NCBI GenBank assembly: GCA_947074195.1
Contig: CAMTOS010000004.1
Location: forward strand, 481 to 64,480
From: an uncultured Bacteroides sp.
Lineage (GTDB): Bacteria; Bacteroidota; Bacteroidia; Bacteroidales; Bacteroidaceae
Direction: 5' to 3'
DNA length: 64,000 bases
This document shows, piece by piece, positions 61,538-64,000 of this stretch (the stretch's first letter is position 1; every line of letters begins with the position of its first letter). The notes under the pieces were generated by a model. The model searched no databases. It was given only the letters and a program-made list of their open reading frames with translations, and was not told the DNA's origin. The translations under genes were made by a program, and so were the position numbers.

Positions 61538-61975
61538 TTATTCTGTTTTATAAGATATCTCACCATTCAAGTAATTCCATTTAGCCAGATAAGTATAATC
61601 TGTACTATGCGAAATATTAACCAGAGTCAGCGAATAACCCATTTTTTCAGGCAGTTGCAAGGCTTTGATTTCTGCAACGGTCATTTTATCAGTCAGCGTT
61701 TTAAATCTTTCCAAAGCGATATTATCAGCTTCTTTAAGATCAGAAGCATTAATCAGCCAGGCATTGGTATCATAACCTTTTGAAGCAAGATAATCAGAAA
61801 GCTTTTCAGAATCTTCTGTCGTTGCATCATCGGGTATATCATATGACAGCAATGTTGCATAACCATATACGATATCTTTTGAGTTATCATTTTTATCACA
61901 TGCGTTTAAAAAAGATAAACTAACCATGGCAACAACCACCATTGTAAAAAAGGTTTTAATATTCATATTTCTCAT
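61538..61975 (-). CDS. Hypothetical lipoprotein
   Basis: Lipobox SFLNA-C followed by an acidic export-signal-like DKNDNSKD. Confidence 0.75.
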   Translation of the reverse strand: MRNMNIKTFFTMVVVAMVSLSFLNACDKNDNSKDIVYGYATLLSYDIPDDATTEDSEKLSDYLASKGYDTNAWLINASDLKEADNIALERFKTLTDKMTVAEIKALQLPEKMGYSLTLVNISHSTDYTYLAKWNYLNGEISYKTE

Positions 61976-62238
61976 ATAGGTTTAATTACAGTTTCTTTCT
62001 GCAAAGATATAAATTATACAAATACATTCTTTTTATCTACCTCTGATTTTAGCTATTCACTTATCAGGTGGAATTATGCATATAAATGGATGATAAAAAG
62101 AAATTCGACCTCATATACTTATAATCAGATATTCCACTACATATAGCTTTCTAAATTTGCTTCTGCTTTTTAACCTTTACGATTAACCGTTGCGAAGATC
62201 TATTATCTCACAATAATCTAATTAATATTTAAAACATT

Positions 62239-64000
62239 ATGAGAAAGCTAAAATTACTCACTTTCTTTTTATTCGGGGGAGGATTATCGCTGCTGATGGC
62301 GCAACAACCTTCTCTAACTCAAAAAAAGGATTTGCCGGTAACGTTGTTGCAAGACAAATCCATTACTACCAGTTCAGTCGATATTTTCAAAACGACTGAT
62401 ATAACTCCACCGGCAGATGGTAATTATACGCTCGAAGTATTGACCCGTGTAAACCATGCAGATGGTCGTGGACTCGATGTTGAGACCAGTGATACCGGTG
62501 GAAAGGGTTTCAGAGCATCTGTCAATACACAATCTCTAAGTTGGTCTAACCCTCTTCAGTCCATTGAATCCATCATTACTTCGGGAACTATTGATCAGAA
62601 ACTACGTTTTGTGGTAGAAGATAACAATGTACATATATACAAGAATGGTTATTATATTACCACACGTGCAAAAGAACTTGTTAATGTTCTGATTGATGGT
62701 CAGGAATACGATCCGTTTAGCTCGATTGCCAACAACGGAGATCAGACAAATCTGATTTCGAATGCTATACCTGCAGACTACTGGTGGGGCGGAAGTAAAC
62801 CAACTCCTCAATCGCATGGCTGGCAATTATATAATAATGGTATATATAAAGATTCATGGCCAAATTCACGCTTCGAGAATTCGCCAAACACCTATGCGTT
62901 GAATAATTACAGTGGTAATTTCTTTTTTGTACGCTGGGACAGCAATAACAATAATACTGATTATTATGCTTATCCTATACAGCTCGAAGCCAATACCACT
63001 TATCTGTTTTCAATGGATCTTGCCTATTGGTCAAACTATAACTCCTCAAACCCTGCTAATATCAGCGATAAAGCAGTTCGCGTAGCTATTAGTAAAGATG
63101 GTGGATCTACTCAGGAACTCAGCAATAAAACATTCTATTGTTATGAAGCAAAAGATCTGATTCCGGATTCTTTTGGTTTCACCACACAGGAAGCAGGAAC
63201 TTATTATCTCACTTTCACGGGTGGATGGGGTATGTATGCCATTGCCAACCTAAATCTGATTGAAGCTACTGCAGAAGCTCGTATCATTGTAGGAAAAAAT
63301 TATGAAGGTGATGCAGATATTCTCATCAAATCAGTAACTTATGATGCAGATGGTGCTTTTGCTCCCGTGCCCGATGGTACAATGCCGCAAGAATCATTAA
63401 ATCTTTCTGATGTCAACTTGTCTTATCTTACATTTATCAATACCAATATCTCATTATCGGGTAAGTCTGAACTTCACTTGGTAAGCGATAGCCATCCTTT
63501 ACAAAATTCAACAGTCGATTTATCGGGTACTGAAGCCTGGTTGTATTTTGATAAAGTTAAACCTTCTGATGTGATTGCCGGTTATTTGCCTTTAATCACT
63601 ATTGATAAATTGCCTGCATCGCAGAATAATAATATCCGTGTGGCTCAGTGGGGCAATGGTACAGTGATCATTCCTTATGGTAATGAAACTATGGCAGCTG
63701 CAATGACTGTTTTCGATGAAGAAAACTGCCAGGGCAATTCGCAAACATTTGGTATAAATACCTATTACAATGAACTGAACGATTGGGATAATAAAATCAA
63801 ATCATTTATTCTGAAGAAAGGATACTCTGCAACACTTGCCAATAATGCCAGCGGTACAGGTTATAGTCGCGTATTCATTGCCTCGGATGAAGATCTTATC
63901 GTGAATGTTCTTCCCGAAGGCCTTGTCACTAAAGAGGGTGATACAAAAAGCTTCGTTTCTTTTGTTCGTGTGTTTAAATGGGAATGGGTTGGCAAAAAAG
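62239..64000 (+). CDS. 5' part of a large secreted modular protein (not in the ORF track; runs off the window), probably a carbohydrate-active enzyme
   Basis: Manual translation from ATG 62239 is stop-free to the window end (587 codons). Signal peptide MRKLKLLTFFLFGGGLSLLMAQ; ends ...SFILKKGYSATLANNASGTGYSRVFIA...VSFVRVFKWEWVGKK. Confidence 0.85.
   Translation, partial: MRKLKLLTFFLFGGGLSLLMAQQPSLTQKKDLPVTLLQDKSITTSSVDIFKTTDITPPADGNYTLEVLTRVNHADGRGLDVETSDTGGKGFRASVNTQSLSWSNPLQSIESIITSGTIDQKLRFVVEDNNVHIYKNGYYITTRAKELVNVLIDGQEYDPFSSIANNGDQTNLISNAIPADYWWGGSKPTPQSHGWQLYNNGIYKDSWPNSRFENSPNTYALNNYSGNFFFVRWDSNNNNTDYYAYPIQLEANTTYLFSMDLAYWSNYNSSNPANISDKAVRVAISKDGGSTQELSNKTFYCYEAKDLIPDSFGFTTQEAGTYYLTFTGGWGMYAIANLNLIEATAEARIIVGKNYEGDADILIKSVTYDADGAFAPVPDGTMPQESLNLSDVNLSYLTFINTNISLSGKSELHLVSDSHPLQNSTVDLSGTEAWLYFDKVKPSDVIAGYLPLITIDKLPASQNNNIRVAQWGNGTVIIPYGNETMAAAMTVFDEENCQGNSQTFGINTYYNELNDWDNKIKSFILKKGYSATLANNASGTGYSRVFIASDEDLIVNVLPEGLVTKEGDTKSFVSFVRVFKWEWVGKK

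Noticed and set aside
62602-62826. 74-aa minus-strand ORF
   Set aside because: It is a shadow of the long plus-strand ORF starting at 62239.
1-64000. IS elements, integrases, prophage, tRNA/rRNA genes, frameshifted pseudogenes
   Set aside because: No such motifs were seen, and the recognised genes have lengths typical for their families.

Overview
Bacteroidales chromosome segment, most likely Bacteroides/Bacteroidaceae, judged from its AT-rich composition, TAnnTTTG/-33 TTTG promoters, short RpoD, bat operon and hybrid two-component system. Most of the window is core genome: rpsP; moxR-DUF58-batABCDE; a menaquinone operon (HAD-thioesterase fusion, menF, D, B, C, E); riboflavin synthase; rpoD; degP; an exported dipeptide epimerase with an NlpC/P60 peptidase; RNase P RNA; yihY; yggS; cstA; uvrA; two GHL10 hydrolases; a chromate-transporter pair; an HTCS; purL; rmlD; prfC; and an oadG/A/B Na+-decarboxylase. 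I found no CRISPR array, IS/transposase, integrase, reverse transcriptase, tRNA or rRNA. The least-explained parts are: (i) a tandem pair of fimbrillin-FISUMP (C-type-lectin-fold) lipoproteins at 30.4-34.1 kb with no stalk or anchor pilin and no DGR machinery in view; (ii) the ~1 kb ORF-free AT-rich interval beside them, holding two consensus promoters and a terminator that define a ~90-nt sRNA candidate; (iii) two 22-bp-period repeat arrays (11.2 kb and 40.2 kb) sharing a CAA[AG]CCTT core; (iv) an uncharacterised ATP-grasp-like protein; and (v) a large secreted protein starting at 62239 that the ORF track missed because it runs off the window. Nothing here can be confidently called a new system from sequence alone, so these are leads.
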